NCBI GenBank assembly: GCA_020536535.1 | Contig: JAHLWZ010000193.1 | Span: forward strand, 51,596 to 115,595 | DNA from: Pelomyxa schiedti | Lineage: Eukaryota; Protista; Evosea | Reading direction: 5' to 3' | DNA length: 64,000 nucleotides | Part shown: positions 25,416 to 38,445 of the stretch, one piece after another | Layout of the letters: every line of letters begins with the position of its first letter | Numbering within the stretch: position 1 is the stretch's first letter | Notes under the pieces: generated by a model | Told to the model about the DNA's origin: nothing | The model's database searches: none | The model's input: the letters and a program-made list of their open reading frames with translations, nothing else | Position numbers and translations under genes: made by a program

Positions 25416-26634
25416 TTACAATGTTCCTAAGAAAACTTGTGAAAGTAGGAGTAAGAGAACAACTGGAGTGAGGGGGAATGGTGAAGATTGAGAAGTGCTG
25501 CTGCTTTGGACCCAACTAGTCTCAATTTCGTTTTGAACAGACACACGGTGGCCTGACAAATCCAAAGCAGAACTTTGGATGAATCTGGCTGTGGGTGGAA
25601 TGGTAACATTGATGAAAATGAAGTTGTAGTCTGCGGAGGTGTGATCCGGGTTGAAATCAGATGGTTGTATGAGGATCCCATCTTGCAGTGGGTTATCCAA
25701 GTCAATTGCGTTGTCCGTTGCAAGTGTAAGGGCATCGAAATCGATGCCCTTAGAGTATACAACACCACCAGAGGAATCCAAAAGTCTCAGCTCTATTAAG
25801 TTTAAATCGAGTTCATTTGCACTCTGTGATGCCGAGAGTGTCACATTCATTTCATTCGGGCCACATGAGACCTGGTCCCCTATTCCAGCGGTATGAGAAT
25901 CCACGGTGTCTGTGTAGGGAAGATATTTCCAAGGATTGACACAATTCTTCTGGTAAAGGCCCCCTTCCCTGATTTCAAAATGCAGATGTGCAAAGCCTGA
26001 AATACTAACACCTGAGAGACCAACAATTTGGCCTGGCATTATTGTCTCCCCAACAGCAACCTAGTCGCAATAAAGCGTTAGTAACATGACTGGATGATTT
26101 ATTCTCGTTGCACTATCTACATACTGAGCATGTGTTCATGTGTAAATAATTTATATATAAAATCGTTCCATTGACCGAGCACCTGAAGGCATACGATGTT
26201 GGGGAACGGAGGAAATAGAGAATATACACCTCAGCTGTACCAACAAGTCCTCATAATTTGGGTCAGCTCCAGATTTGTTCACAGTACAATTATATGGAGA
26301 CACAGACAAGCAGCTAGTCCCCACTGGGGTTGGAATATCCACTCCTCTGTGCCAGTCATACCTGCATTGCACTAAGCAGTGCACTTTTACTATGACAACC
26401 CTCTAAATAAATATTACAACCATAACCTCCAAATTATATACACCTGAACCCCTCGGATGCCTTCTGCCTTGGCCCAAACGGAGAAGACTGGGGTAAGTCT
26501 GGTGACACTGCGCTTCCAGAAATAGGCCAAATGAACCCCGTTGCGCCCCTCATTATTATGGGTTGTTGGGGTGCGGCATTACAACAGGTCAATACCCCCA
26601 CTAGCACCGTTAGGGACAACCCACGGGTTCTCAT
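25416..26634 (-). CDS. Secreted M23 family metallopeptidase (peptidoglycan endopeptidase-like), spliced
   Basis: Signal peptide MRTRGLSLTVLVGVLTCCNA; WPISG..SSPFGPR; HRGVD (HxxxD); YLHM; HLHFEIR (HxH); NPWKYL; hydrophobic C-terminus. Confidence 0.9.
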
Positions 26635-26690
26635 TCGGCGAATGTTGCAAGTTTTGATTGAGTTTATTGACAGCGGTATCGGCCGGAGAC

Positions 26691-29600
26691 TCACAGCTTT
26701 GTGTGAGGGGTGGGGTCGAATGCTTCTGTGTCTGGATGGTAGTGGACTGAGGAAGGAGTGAGGTGGAGGCTATCTAACATATCAGGTATGGTGAATGGGG
26801 TGCCTGTTTCACAGTTGGCTGCTAGTGGGTGTGTTCTCACAGCTTCCAGAACCTCCTCACACCACGAGTACCACTGTTTAGTTTTGGCGAATAGTTGCTT
26901 GTCTTGTGCTTCGGTTTTCTTATTAGAGGTTAGGAATATCATAGGAAGGGTTATGTTAATGTACATGCGATTTCAGTTCTTGTATTTGTTGTTGCAGATG
27001 CAGTATTTTACTCTTTCTCTGCTCAATTTCCTCTTCCATTGTCAGTGGTTTAGACTTTTTCTAGTTGTATCTCAGTAATTAAGACGTTGTTAGCAAAGAC
27101 TGCTACATATGGCACAACAAAGGCCTGCTTATGCAAGCGGTTTTGACCAGTTGAAACTGTGGGTGCGAAGTTTGTTCTTGTAGAGACCACAGCCGGTGAC
27201 TTTGAGCATGTCTTAGTCGTTGTCATGGATGCAGCAGCCATAGGTGAAGATTTAGCCCAAGGGGTAACGAAGCCGTGCTTAGATGATGGCTTCACCGTAG
27301 AAGTCACACTTGGGGTTCTAGACGGTGCCGTGGCAGCGGTTTGCATGTACTGCTGTGAATTACTACTTGTTGCAGATGATGATCCCTTGGGCGATTCTGT
27401 AACGGCAACGCATGACAAACAAGAAGTAGTGTCTGAGGTTGAGGCTTTCAGCACAAGAGGGGGAGAAATCGGAGGTAATGGGGATAGTGGTGGAGGCGGT
27501 GGCGGTAGCGATGCGCCCCATTCAATAAGAATCATCCAGGACTTCGACTTGACAGCCTCAAGACACACGGCAGGAATCGGCAGTGTGAACGTAGACAGGG
27601 TCCCTTCCTTGACCATCTCGCAGAGGCACTCATGCACAGCGCGCCGTGATATCTTAAAACGTGTCACATCAACTCAAACACGGCCAACACAAAATTAGGT
27701 CTGTCTAATGTAGTTGTAGTTGTAGGTGTCGTTCCCTTGTGCTCACTTGATCGCCATCGCCCTGTGCGTTTCTTACAATGAGGACCAAGTCCTGGCACGT
27801 GAATGGCTCCTTGTACTTGGTGTACGTAGCATTGAGTGTGCCGCGTATCAGGTCCATTTTTTTGAAGTTGATGTATTGTTAAGTGCTTTTACGGAAGAAC
27901 GAAGTGAGTGTAGTTTGGGTTTTGGAGCTTGGTGGCGGTGGTGTCTTGGTGCCGCGTGCCTTGTATTTCTTTTGTGAGGGTGGCTTAAGTTCGGGGTCTG
28001 ATGGTAGTGTTTTGTTCTGGTGGTGACTCTTGGAGGTCGAGGTTGTGGTATTTGCACCACCACTGAAAGAGGGGGACTGAGGGGAGCCGCGAATGTTGTT
28101 GCTTGCTGCCGCGGATTGTAGTGGCAGTGGTGAGGGTGTTGTTGGAGTAGACGGTACGGGGGGTGTTGGTGGCGAGATTGCACCATGGAGTGGTGGGGTG
28201 CGTTTTTGGGCTGGTGTTACAGGGACAACTTTTTTGCCCCTCTTGGCTTGCTCCCAAAGCCACTGTTGTTCATGTATTGCACGCAAAGTGGCGGAGCTCT
28301 GAGAAGATGCCGAACTTATATCAATTTGTTCACAAGCTAACATCAAAGCAGCAGTGGAGTCAATGTTCTCTCCACATGTGGTTAATACTCTGCTTGATGT
28401 ATCTGGACTCGGCTTTGGTGTGCTTGGCATCTGTGTGCTCCGTGATGTCTCCATTCTTGGTTTTGGTGGGCTTTGCACTGATGTTGCATTGCCAATGGGG
28501 ACTGGTGGAGTGGTTGCAGTAGAACTGGCGGTAGTATTGGACGGTGGAGCGTCAGTGTTAGGGTCGTCAATGTCGTCCACTGAAATTAGGTCAACTACAG
28601 CATCGAATTGTTGGTCATCTGTTGGATCCGGCGTATCGGAGTCTGAAATAAACGAGCTTTCATCCTCTGTTGTATTGGAGCAAGGCAGTGCTACAATGTT
28701 GGTGTGCGTTGTTGTGGTACTACAGTGCGTTGCACTGTCTCTAGTTTGGTCGAATGGTTTCGCACTAGTTGTTACATCTGATAATTGGCATGGCGAAGGT
28801 GAGACCTTGTTCAAGGAGCTCGTGGTAGTAGTAGATGTTGAATGCCTACCAATACTTGGTGGGTCTTCAGACACGGCGCAAAAAGGTTCTGTGGCAGAAA
28901 AATTCGAGAAAAACGTCTGAATATCACTTTGGTGAGAGTCCACTGCAACAGGGGCAAGAGTGTTTCGTCGGAAAAGGTTGCACAACGTTGACTCAATCTG
29001 AGTTTTTGTGTCGCAATTCACTGTCGGAATGACTTTTGTTGGCTGTAACCATTTAATAAATTGCCTAGTAGAATTCCTGAGGCATTGAGAAAAGAGGGTG
29101 AAGGTTACTGCAGTTCAGCATAAGAGCAATGTTCACTGTAGGGTACTCCATAAATAGTGCATATGCCACTTTTTTTTGTGGTCAATTTGTTATAATGACC
29201 TGATACAGCCCAGCCTGTCGGTTGAAATCCAACTATGCGTTTGTAATGACCTTTAAAAAAATTCGCGAGCTGGTACAGCTAATGAAAAAAGGTTAAACAA
29301 TCCAAGGTCAATATATAAACCTTGTAAAAATTAACGCTGTTCATAGGTACTACATGGACATTGGACTGAGACGGGTCAGTAGTGAAAATGGACATATCCA
29401 GAGCAAGGTGTGTCAAAATATTGTATTTGTCGGTTGTTACATATATCTTGGTTGCACAAGACTCAGCCACCTATCCTGCATTATATGCTTTGCTTCTTTC
29501 CTCTAAGGGTGTGCTTTAAGGTCACCTTGAGTAGGATTCGCTCTTTCCCAATTGAATATGTACCAATGAGAAAAAGTACAGAGTTATGTATATCCCGCTT

Positions 29601-30488
29601 GATAATGTTAACGACTTGCGAAATAGTGGAATCCTGCACAGAGGGTGAACAAAAAGAACTTATTCAGGATCGACCTGTAGGGGGAAATTGTACTGGGGAT
29701 CACAGAAAGTGGTGTCCAAGTAAACAGAGGACAGTTTGACTGTGGAAAGACAGGAGTAACCCCTCATTTCTTTGCAAAACCGGAAGTCACCAGTATGGAG
29801 ATGCCAGTCCCCATTGGAGTCATGCACTAAGAACATAACCTTAAGGAGGCTCTTTGGTAAGCTTTCGGTAAAACAAAGAATTATGTCTTACCGAGCCGGG
29901 ACAGTGGTTGGCATCCAGAAGGCTGACACTACACCCCCCGATAGTGATAGTGCCACCCACGGGAACCCCATGGACGTGAGACTGATCAATGTGCATGTGG
30001 TGAACCAGTAGGCTGGCGGTAACTTGAGAGCAATAGATAGGGCCAACAGACCAAGACTTTGTTAGACCACAGTAATGGTCACTAAAAGGGCGTTACTTCC
30101 TTTACGGAGGAGTTCACATCGGCGTACCTGTGGAAATGGCTCAAAAGGTACGCCTTGCACCGCTCGTCGCGGTACCGAAAACCGTCCACAATGAAACAAC
30201 CTGTGCAGGTGTTAAACGCGCGCGGAAAAAGGCGTTCGGAACCCACCTACCATCTTGTGATCTGGACAGCATGCACCAACCACCGCTCCGCCGTCGCTCC
30301 TTCCTCGCCCCCTGCCTCGCCCCCGGCCCCTTCCACCACCACCACCTCCTCCACTTCTCCGGCCTGCTGCCGGTTTGTCCTTGGGCCCTGTCTGATCCGT
30401 AATTACGACTAGATCTACTCGGATCTAGTGAAGGAAACGCGTGGCATGACCCCCAGAGCGGGGTCTGTGGAAAATGGGGGGTCGACAT
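26691..30488 (-). CDS. SNM1A/PSO2-like DNA cross-link repair nuclease (metallo-beta-lactamase + beta-CASP) with long disordered C-terminal extension, multi-exon
   Basis: Spliced FIVDGFRY...YLLSHFHSDHYCGL, LLDANHCPGS, HLHTGDFRF, FLIGTYSIGKERI, VGFQPTGW, VPYSEHCSYAEL. Confidence 0.9.
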
Positions 30489-30641
30489 ATTTTTGCACTT
30501 GTTCCTGCAGGGCAATTGGTTGTGAGTGGGGATCGTAATGCCCCTACCATCACATCTCCAAGGCGATTTCTGTGTATCGGCAGTATTTTTTTCAAAAAAC
30601 CACAAACCAAAACAACGGCAAATATCGGGGCAGGGCGGGTG

Positions 30642-33245
30642 ATGCAAGGAGTTACGCTGGCCGCGCGACGCAGCAACAGCGACCTGCCATTCACACCCCG
30701 TGAGTGTGTCCCCTTTTTGCGTTTGTGGGGGCTGCACTTTCCTTGCAAACACGCACGCGCACGGCAAAAACACATGTCGCTACCTTGTAAAATTGTTGAC
30801 ACGATCGACGCCCACTAACGCCGAAGACACTTCGGTACCTTCGCCTTGTTATTGCAGCCAACAAACCAACGAATGTTGCTCCGTCTCCTGGCAAAGCCGG
30901 CGGCAGGGCAACGCCCGTGCAACAGTCACAGTCGCAGTCACAATCACAATCACAACCGCAGCCGCTGCAGCGGTCCTCGCCGCCTCCTACCGCCGCTTCT
31001 TCAACCCCCACAACAGCCGCCCAAACGGCAGTGGCACCAGCAAATAAGCGGGCCAAACACTCCCACCACACTGGTCCACAGGGCGCACAGCCTGTGCTTG
31101 CAATTACTCAACAACAGCACATGACGGCGCAGGGGAATGCATCAATCCCAACGCCGTCGACACCGTCACCTACCACGCCGGCACCCCCTCAGCAATCACC
31201 TGAGGAGGCGGACTATAGCTCATCCCCACCAGTCTCAACTACACCAAATCCCACAACACTTGCTGGAGGGAGTGCTGGTAGTGAACCTTACGGCAATTCT
31301 TCACCTCCTTCACTCCTGGAATGCGAGCCCAATGGTGACCGTCAGCGGCTCAGTTCAGGGGCGAGGCGTGATTCGTCCTCTTCCTCTACTGCTGCAACCA
31401 ATTGTAGCACCCCTACGGATATATCACGCAAAACTTCGAACTGCTCACCAGTGCCTAATAGCTCTGGTGGGAATGGCACAATACTAAAGCGTCACCCGCC
31501 TCAAACTGCATCAGCTTCGCAGCCAATCAATGGTGTCTCAACACCCCTCAAAACCAGGACATTTTCAACTCCTACCACTTACCACTCAAGTAACATTCCA
31601 ATTGCTCCCAATACACCTATTACAAATGGAAATTCTATGAACAGTGCCACTACCACACGTCGTACCCAAGTATCTCAAGTGAATCACAGAGTATCTGCAC
31701 TGCCCTTATCAAACTCCACGGGAGATGGCTTCTCCCACCATACACAAAACTTTCACCATAGTGGAACCGGCGCTAACACTGTCCAACGTCTCAAAGCTGA
31801 ATTATGTTCTGAATTGGGGTCAAACAGTGCCAAGTACACGGACACGGTCAAGTTATTCCTCACTGCTAAACTGACAAAGAGAGAATTCGACATAGAAATT
31901 CAGGAACTATTAACCAAAGAACAAGGCACTTGAAATCATGCCTAACAGTTCATTAGCCTTGAATTAACCTTACCCTAGTTCAACTTCACAACTTGTTGAT
32001 GATGACTTTGCTCCAAAATGCTCACTCGGCTTCTTTTCCTCAACCAGGAAGTTACAACTCCAGTGGGCAGCAATGTACTACTCAAACATCGTCTCCTCCA
32101 GGACGTAATCAGTCCCACACACATCTTCACCACACGCCCCCATCTCACAGCATTGATCAAACACTTAAGAAGCAACCACCATCTCCTCTTATGACAGACC
32201 GCCACACTTCTAATAATACTCTCCCCCCATCCCCAACAAACGTTTCATCACCGCAATACGTGCCACCTGAGCCATCTCATCATGGCAAAAGGACAGCACT
32301 TTTGAACAAGCACAAGGTATCGATAAGTACTAAAAGGTCATTTCCTGTGTAATGGTCATTCAGGATAAAAAATCCGGCCCCAAAAAACTCAGAACATCGG
32401 CACTTAAGTCATCTCCGCCTACTTCACCTGTGCCTATCTATCCACTACCTACCGCAAATTCCAACATGACTGTACCACCATCAACAGGAACTTCACTTCG
32501 AGGCACGTCTCCCCACAGGAAAAAGAAAAGAAGCACAAGTACTAGTTTGTTACTTCTCTCACTCTTCTAAATCATGACTTATTACGCAGCAAAACAGAAC
32601 AAGTCCGTCCCAAAGAGCACTGCAAAAAAACCCAACGCATCCCCCGCTCTTCTTTGTATGTCTTTTTTTTTTCGTACCCCTTTCTCATAATCATTTCCTC
32701 CAGTTACTCCGGGAAGTGCAGCATCACCACACTACCGGTACATGAAGCTCATAGCAGCCAAATGCGGTATAACAGATGTGAGTAAAGAAGCTGTTGCAGC
32801 ACTTTCATCAGCTGTGGAGGTGAAATATTTGTCCCACTGTTCAATATTGACCGGTTTTTTTCAGAAACACCTTTCGGACATCCTTTCCTGCTGTACTCCC
32901 ACTGCTCGAGTTATACGAGATCGTTCAAGACCACCTCATAGCACAACACCCAAGTGCGAAAGCAACCAACACCCCGTTAAGTCACCCGCCGGAACTGCGG
33001 CACAAGCAACCGTGGAATTGTTGGGTTCACATCCCTTTTCGGTGCGCTACCCACTATTATCCCCTCACTCTCACAACTTGTTTGTTAAAACCGGCTCCCA
33101 GGTGGACGATTCTGTAGATACACCAAACACTGCAGTCATCAAACACCAAGGGCTAACAGCAAGAGATATACTTCTGGGAATTCAAACTCACCCCCTCCTT
33201 GCTGGGAATCAGAACCTCACACAAAAAATGCTTGTGATGTTGTGA
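30642..33245 (+). CDS. SAGA complex subunit Ada1/TADA1-like protein (5' end uncertain), multi-exon
   Basis: N-terminal Tad1 motif LKAEL...YTDTVKLFLTAKLTKREFD...LHNLLMMTLLQNA; histone-fold segment MKLIAAKCGITDVSKEAVAALSSAVEKHLSDIL. Confidence 0.75.
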
Positions 33246-33319
33246 TATTATTTTGTGTTTAGCGCACACCCTTATTCCTGAGAAAAAAAAAACTTTCAAA
33301 CAAAATTAAACATCAACCA

Positions 33320-34927
33320 ATGCAAAAAGGGGTGAGGGTTGATGGCGTGGAGTGGAAAGGAAGAAAGGGTGGGGTGATGAGGACCGAGCACCGACGTGCC
33401 ATCGTGTGTTATTATTTCCATTCGTTGTGCTTCTACTTCGTTGTTTTGGTTTTGGGTCAGGGAATAACCCCAGCGCAGTGCGCCGAGTACCGAGTTGTGA
33501 GGGATGAGTTTCGTAAGTACAGGCGAGATGTCAAGCAATACATGGGTTTGTGCCCGCTCTGGTTGAGAGTGGCCTCCAATCACGCAATGAAATCACCATA
33601 TTACGAAATAAATGAAACTTACCAAAGATTAGATGCCGTTGCTAGTGGTGTGCCCATGCACCTACTACGGGTCCCAAGAATCAGTGTTGAGTATGTTGTG
33701 TGCTCTTGGTTTTTTTTTTTCAAGTAGCACACAGATCGAGACCAGTTTGGACTGACACAGAGATAACTATTTTTGAAAATGTTTATGCCCAGTACAAAAG
33801 TTCTCAGGATGTGGTAGCCTTGGTGCAAAGCAGGATCCCGTATCAACACTCGTAAGTGAGTCCTCTTTCTCCCGCCAGTAACCATAGATTCAAGGTACTC
33901 TATAAAGAGATTAATAGAAATCTATAAAGAAGCGGGGTGGTATGTGGGTATGCGACGTCCCTCTCTTATAGAAACCAGGTATTCTTTCTCTCTTATAAGC
34001 ATTTATCCAAATCCATTAGAACTGCCCCAAGACCTCCCTATCGGAAACCCCACAGGGTTAATACCAAAGTGCTCTCCCATAAGCCAGTGGCCAAAGTTCC
34101 GGCTCCTCCAGTAAAGGATAAATCAGCCCAAAAGAAACGTATCACACTTGCCAAAAAAGTAGGGGAAAGCAATGCTACAAAATGTGCCACTGAATGTACC
34201 GCACCTACAACAAGCCAGAGGTTGCATTCTCTATTGGACGAGGATGAAGAAGTCCAAATACCCTCTAAACGACCCAGTCAAGTAATAGTCCCCAAAAAAG
34301 GTTGGCTGCTCTGATAAAGAAGCGCTCTAATTCCCACAAGAAAAATGTGATTCTCCCAAGAACGGTGCCTTTGTCTTGGTAAGAGAGCGTGGCGCATTCA
34401 CTTCCACGGCACTTCAGCGACCAGAGATGGGTAAATCCATAGCAGAGTCAGATACAGATGAAGAGAGAGATGACTCCGAAGAGGAGCTAGAGCAAGAAAA
34501 TGGACACGAGCGAGAACAAGAAACACAACGAGAACAGGAGCTAGAGCAAGAACTTGAGCGCGAGAGGGAGTTAGAGCGTGCAGGGGAACTTGAACTAGAG
34601 CGCGAGTTGGAACGGCAGAGAGAGCGCGAAAGACAGAGGGAGAAAGAGCGCGTGAGGGAGCGGGAGCGCGCGCGTGAGCGCCAGCGCCAGTGGGAGCGAG
34701 AGCTAGAGCAAGAGGAAGCGGAAGAGCAAGAATACAACGCGCCAGATGACGAGATAGAGCAAGATAGGAGCACAGAGGAATCTGAGTATGAAAGCGATGA
34801 CGATGACTACAGTTTCTTGACTCAACCAGTCCAAAAAAGGGCCCGCGGGCCAGAGGGAGTGCTCTGTACACCTTTATCATCACATACAATTCTACGTATC
34901 CCCAAACGTGAAGCTGATTCCCCTTAG
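33320..34927 (+). CDS. SANT/Myb-like domain protein with E/R-rich charged C-terminal tract, spliced
   Basis: Exon ~33733-33851 reads RPVWTDTEITIFENVYAQY (SANT helix 1 pattern); ELERERE repeats at ~34480-34730. Confidence 0.55.
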
Positions 34928-34995
34928 TTGAGCCCACATCAGAATTCCCTTGTTGTATCTACTATCAAAAAACAGTTTTTGTTCAACCGAAAAAA

Positions 34996-36179
34996 TGGAG
35001 GTCAGGGTGTCAAAGGATGAAGTCCATTTGGTTGTTTCCAGACAACCACTTGTGCACTCAGTCCCTAGACTCACACTGCATTATGGGCCAAGCGAGGCAC
35101 GTAATGGAGCGCATTGTTTAATTTGTTCTTTGGACTACTACAACTACTTACAAGACAACAGGCAGACAAGATGGTACCTGCAGTCAAGGCTGCTGGTCGT
35201 ACTGACTTGTTGCCTTGTCTTCAGGTTCCTGGTGTGGGAACCAGATGGCAATCATTTGTCACCTGGCTAAAATGTGAGTTCTCTTGAATGATTCTATGCA
35301 ATTCTCACTTATTTCTTTCACAAGCTTCTCCTTCAGTGCCAGAGGGAGACTGTGAACGTGCACTTTTCTTATATGCAAATTTCTTGGGTAGGGTTATTTC
35401 ATACAGGTTAATATCTTATTTGCAACTTATCACACGCGTGGCCTGATGTTACTAAGGGCACTGAGTCTTACAGACGAACAGTTCAACGTGATAACTACAA
35501 ATAACACAATATGGCCCACTGGGAGATTGCGGGTACAACTCATATTTTCTTTCCCTCTCTTAATGAACCAAAGGCAAGTGATGAAGCAATTTCACGAATA
35601 GTAGAGAAACACGGTACACACAAAGTTGCATATGCACGCCTATATATAGGAATGGGTCTACTCCCACTCGATCCCTCCCTATCACTGCATGATGACGCGG
35701 AAACTGCTGTGTGTATTGGCTCTGGATATCTCGCACCAAATAAGTCAATGTACCATTCCTTTGCCCCAACCACAAACAAAGCAAATCACAACCCGAACCC
35801 AAATTATACCACAATCCAACAAATAGATCCCCTATATATCAAAACACAAAACACTCACTAACTCACCCAATATCATAACAGCCACGTGATGCAGCTTGAT
35901 GTTCCTCTTATTGAAACACTTGGATACCGGGTTGGGGACCTGCACCGCCCAGGAACCCCCCGATGGTTCGACTTCAGTGATGTGTGGTTTGACAGTGCCC
36001 TGGAACGCACCGAGCGTTATGTACTCTATGAGATACCATTCTTCTCACAGCGGCTACGCAGTCTCGTCAAAATCCCTACCCTCAGCGCCGCCAAGGAATT
36101 CATCGCCCCCTTCAAACGAGCCCAGCTCCTTGCCAAAGAAGCCTATGACAAATCCCACCCCAAGGAATCCTCATCATAA
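34996..36179 (+). CDS. Hypothetical protein, multi-exon
   Basis: Exons join in phase (MEVRVSKDEV...VPGVGTRWQSFVTWLK...ASDEAISRIVEKHG...KESSS*) if a GC donor at 35097 is used; no family recognised. Confidence 0.5.
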
Positions 36180-36222
36180 AACGTGTCTCTTCACGGAATT
36201 TCCTTTTTTTTTTGCCCTTGAG

Positions 36223-36716
36223 ATGAACAGCACAGGGGAGGGTCTAGGCAGTGTACTCAATGATGGGATGTACTGGTGCATGGAGCTGCGGGGACCTAAT
36301 GAGCTAGTGCTTCGTAAGGACAAGAAACTACTGGGCAAGTACACGAACACAAGCACCCTACCTCCCCATGGCGTGGTGGCTCGCGTCGAGTGCTGCGGCC
36401 TCTGTGCGAGCGACCTCAAGTTGATCCGTGCCTTCGACAAGCACCCCCGCAAAGCACCGGTCAGCAGGCTCCTGGCGCCCTCGCTGCCCTCGGGCCGGGT
36501 TGCTGCGGCTCTTGGCTGGGTACAGGCGGAGCGGGAGGGCCCAGGGGAGGACCCGGGGGCCAGAGGCGGTGCGGTGCGGTGTGGTTCGTATGTACCTGCG
36601 ATGGAGCCGGGGGTGCCTGGGCACGAGGCTGTGGTGAGAATTGTGGGCGTGGGGAGTGCGGTGACTGGGTACAGGGTGGGTGAGAGGCTGCTGGTCGAGA
36701 CTGATTATAGGTGCTC

Positions 36717-36747
<31 letters not shown>

Positions 36748-38334
36748 CTTTTCTTCTGTGAATGCTTGTTGTCTGTTTTGGAATAGATTCAATAGATTTG
36801 TTTGCGTCGGTGCTTCTTTCACTGACCGGGACGCTCTACATTATATTTTAAAAGGGATTTGCTGACAGAGACATCGAATGCAGCTTTTGGATATAACTTT
36901 GAAGGGGCCTTACAGGTTTATAATCTTCTTTTGCCTTTTAAAAGAGGTTTTTGTTAAACTCGTTGGTAGGAATTTATTTTGATGGATGATAGGATTGTTA
37001 TACATCCTTCCGGTGAGAAGTTTCTAATCCCCGCTGCTGATCACCTCAGTGCCAGTTCAGTTGCTTTAGTAGAACCATGGGCTTGTGTAGAAAATTCCTT
37101 TTCTTCGTTGGAGCGAGCTGGACCTGTTAAAGATGGAAGTTTACTTATTGCCGTCGAATGCGGCATGGCAGCAAGCATTGAGTGGCTTCCTAATCTGAGG
37201 AATTTCTATTTTCGGCCAGAAATCTGCCCGTCCCAGGCCACAATATACCTAGAGGAAGAAGCAACTCGTGAGATTATCCACAGCGCTTTAGTTGGCGTTG
37301 GAAGTGCGATAACGTTTACCTCATCGCCTGAACTTCTTACGCCACAGAGCTTTGATGATATCGTCTGTGTTGGTACACCTTCAAAGTTTGTTACACTTGC
37401 CTCATCCCTTCTTGCACCTGGTGGTATCTGCAACATTGTGCAATGCGGTAGGAAATTTCCAGGCTTGATTCCTATCGATATTGGACGCATTCACTATGCC
37501 GCAACGAGATGGATCGGTACAACAACAAGTAATCCCGCAGACTCTTTTCAACGCATGATACCTTCTGCGAATACTGACATCCGGGATGGTGACAGAGTTA
37601 ATATTGTTGGAGGTGCTGGCCCAATGGGACAGATGCATGTACAGCGCTGCCTGTGCTCTGGCAGAAGAAATATTTCCATTTCAGTTGTGGATGCGGCCCA
37701 AAGCAGACTTGACTCACTGGCTCCCAAAGTCTGCGATTTGGCTACCAACAAGGGCATCCCAGTATCTTTCACAGCCAAAAAAGAGAGCTCCGTTGATCCC
37801 ACTGATACAGCAACCCTCTCAGGGTTTACATATTACATCGTAATGGTAGTGGACCCCACATTGGTATCCAAAATTGTTGACGTCTCCGACGCCAATTCCA
37901 TCATCAACGTCTTTGCCGGAATCCCCGTGGGCTCCGCCACACCCCTTGACCTCAATGCACTCATAGCCAAAGGCACATTCATATTCGGAACCAGTGGCTC
38001 CGTTGCACAAGACATGCATACCATCCTGGGCAAACTCAATTCTGGAGTGCTAGACACAGACGCATCAGTGTGCGCTGTGGGTGGGCTGGCATGTGTGCAG
38101 GAGGGACTTTCTGCCATGAGCCAGCAGAGGCTCACGGGTAAAGTAGTAATTTACCCCCAGGCTAAGAGCTGTACTACACTCCTGCACCTCAACTCCCATT
38201 CCCATAATTCCAGTGGCAACAGCCCCTCATCCTCCACATCTTGCTGCCCCTGGCCCACTGTCTGTGCTCTGCTGGGACCGCGTGGGCTGTGGAATGCCCG
38301 CGCCGAGGCGGAATTCCTCAAAGTAGCCACCTAA
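36223..38334 (+). CDS. Zn-dependent MDR dehydrogenase, L-sorbose-1-phosphate reductase (SorE)-like, two introns
   Basis: CGLCASDLK, PGHEAV, AFGYNFEGALQEF, ALVEPWACV, Rossmann motif IVGGAGPMGQMH, FGTSGS, GKVVIYP. Confidence 0.85.
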
Positions 38335-38445
38335 AAAAATTACTTGTGGGGTGACCCACAACTAATCAATCACCACTGGAAAAAACTTGCAAAAACAAAA
38401 AAAATCATCATTAAACGACACGACAAAGCGACAAAACAGAACGAG

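Noticed and set aside
34480-34730. GA-rich tandem repeats as a possible CRISPR array or satellite
   Set aside because: Coding E/R/L low-complexity sequence with no repeat-spacer structure.
35743-36860. Longer introns as snoRNA hosts
   Set aside because: I could not see properly placed C/D (RTGATGA...CTGA) or H/ACA box pairs.
25416-38334. Bacterial contamination or an endosymbiont contig explaining the M23 and SorE-like genes
   Set aside because: Both genes contain spliceosomal introns and sit among typical eukaryotic genes.
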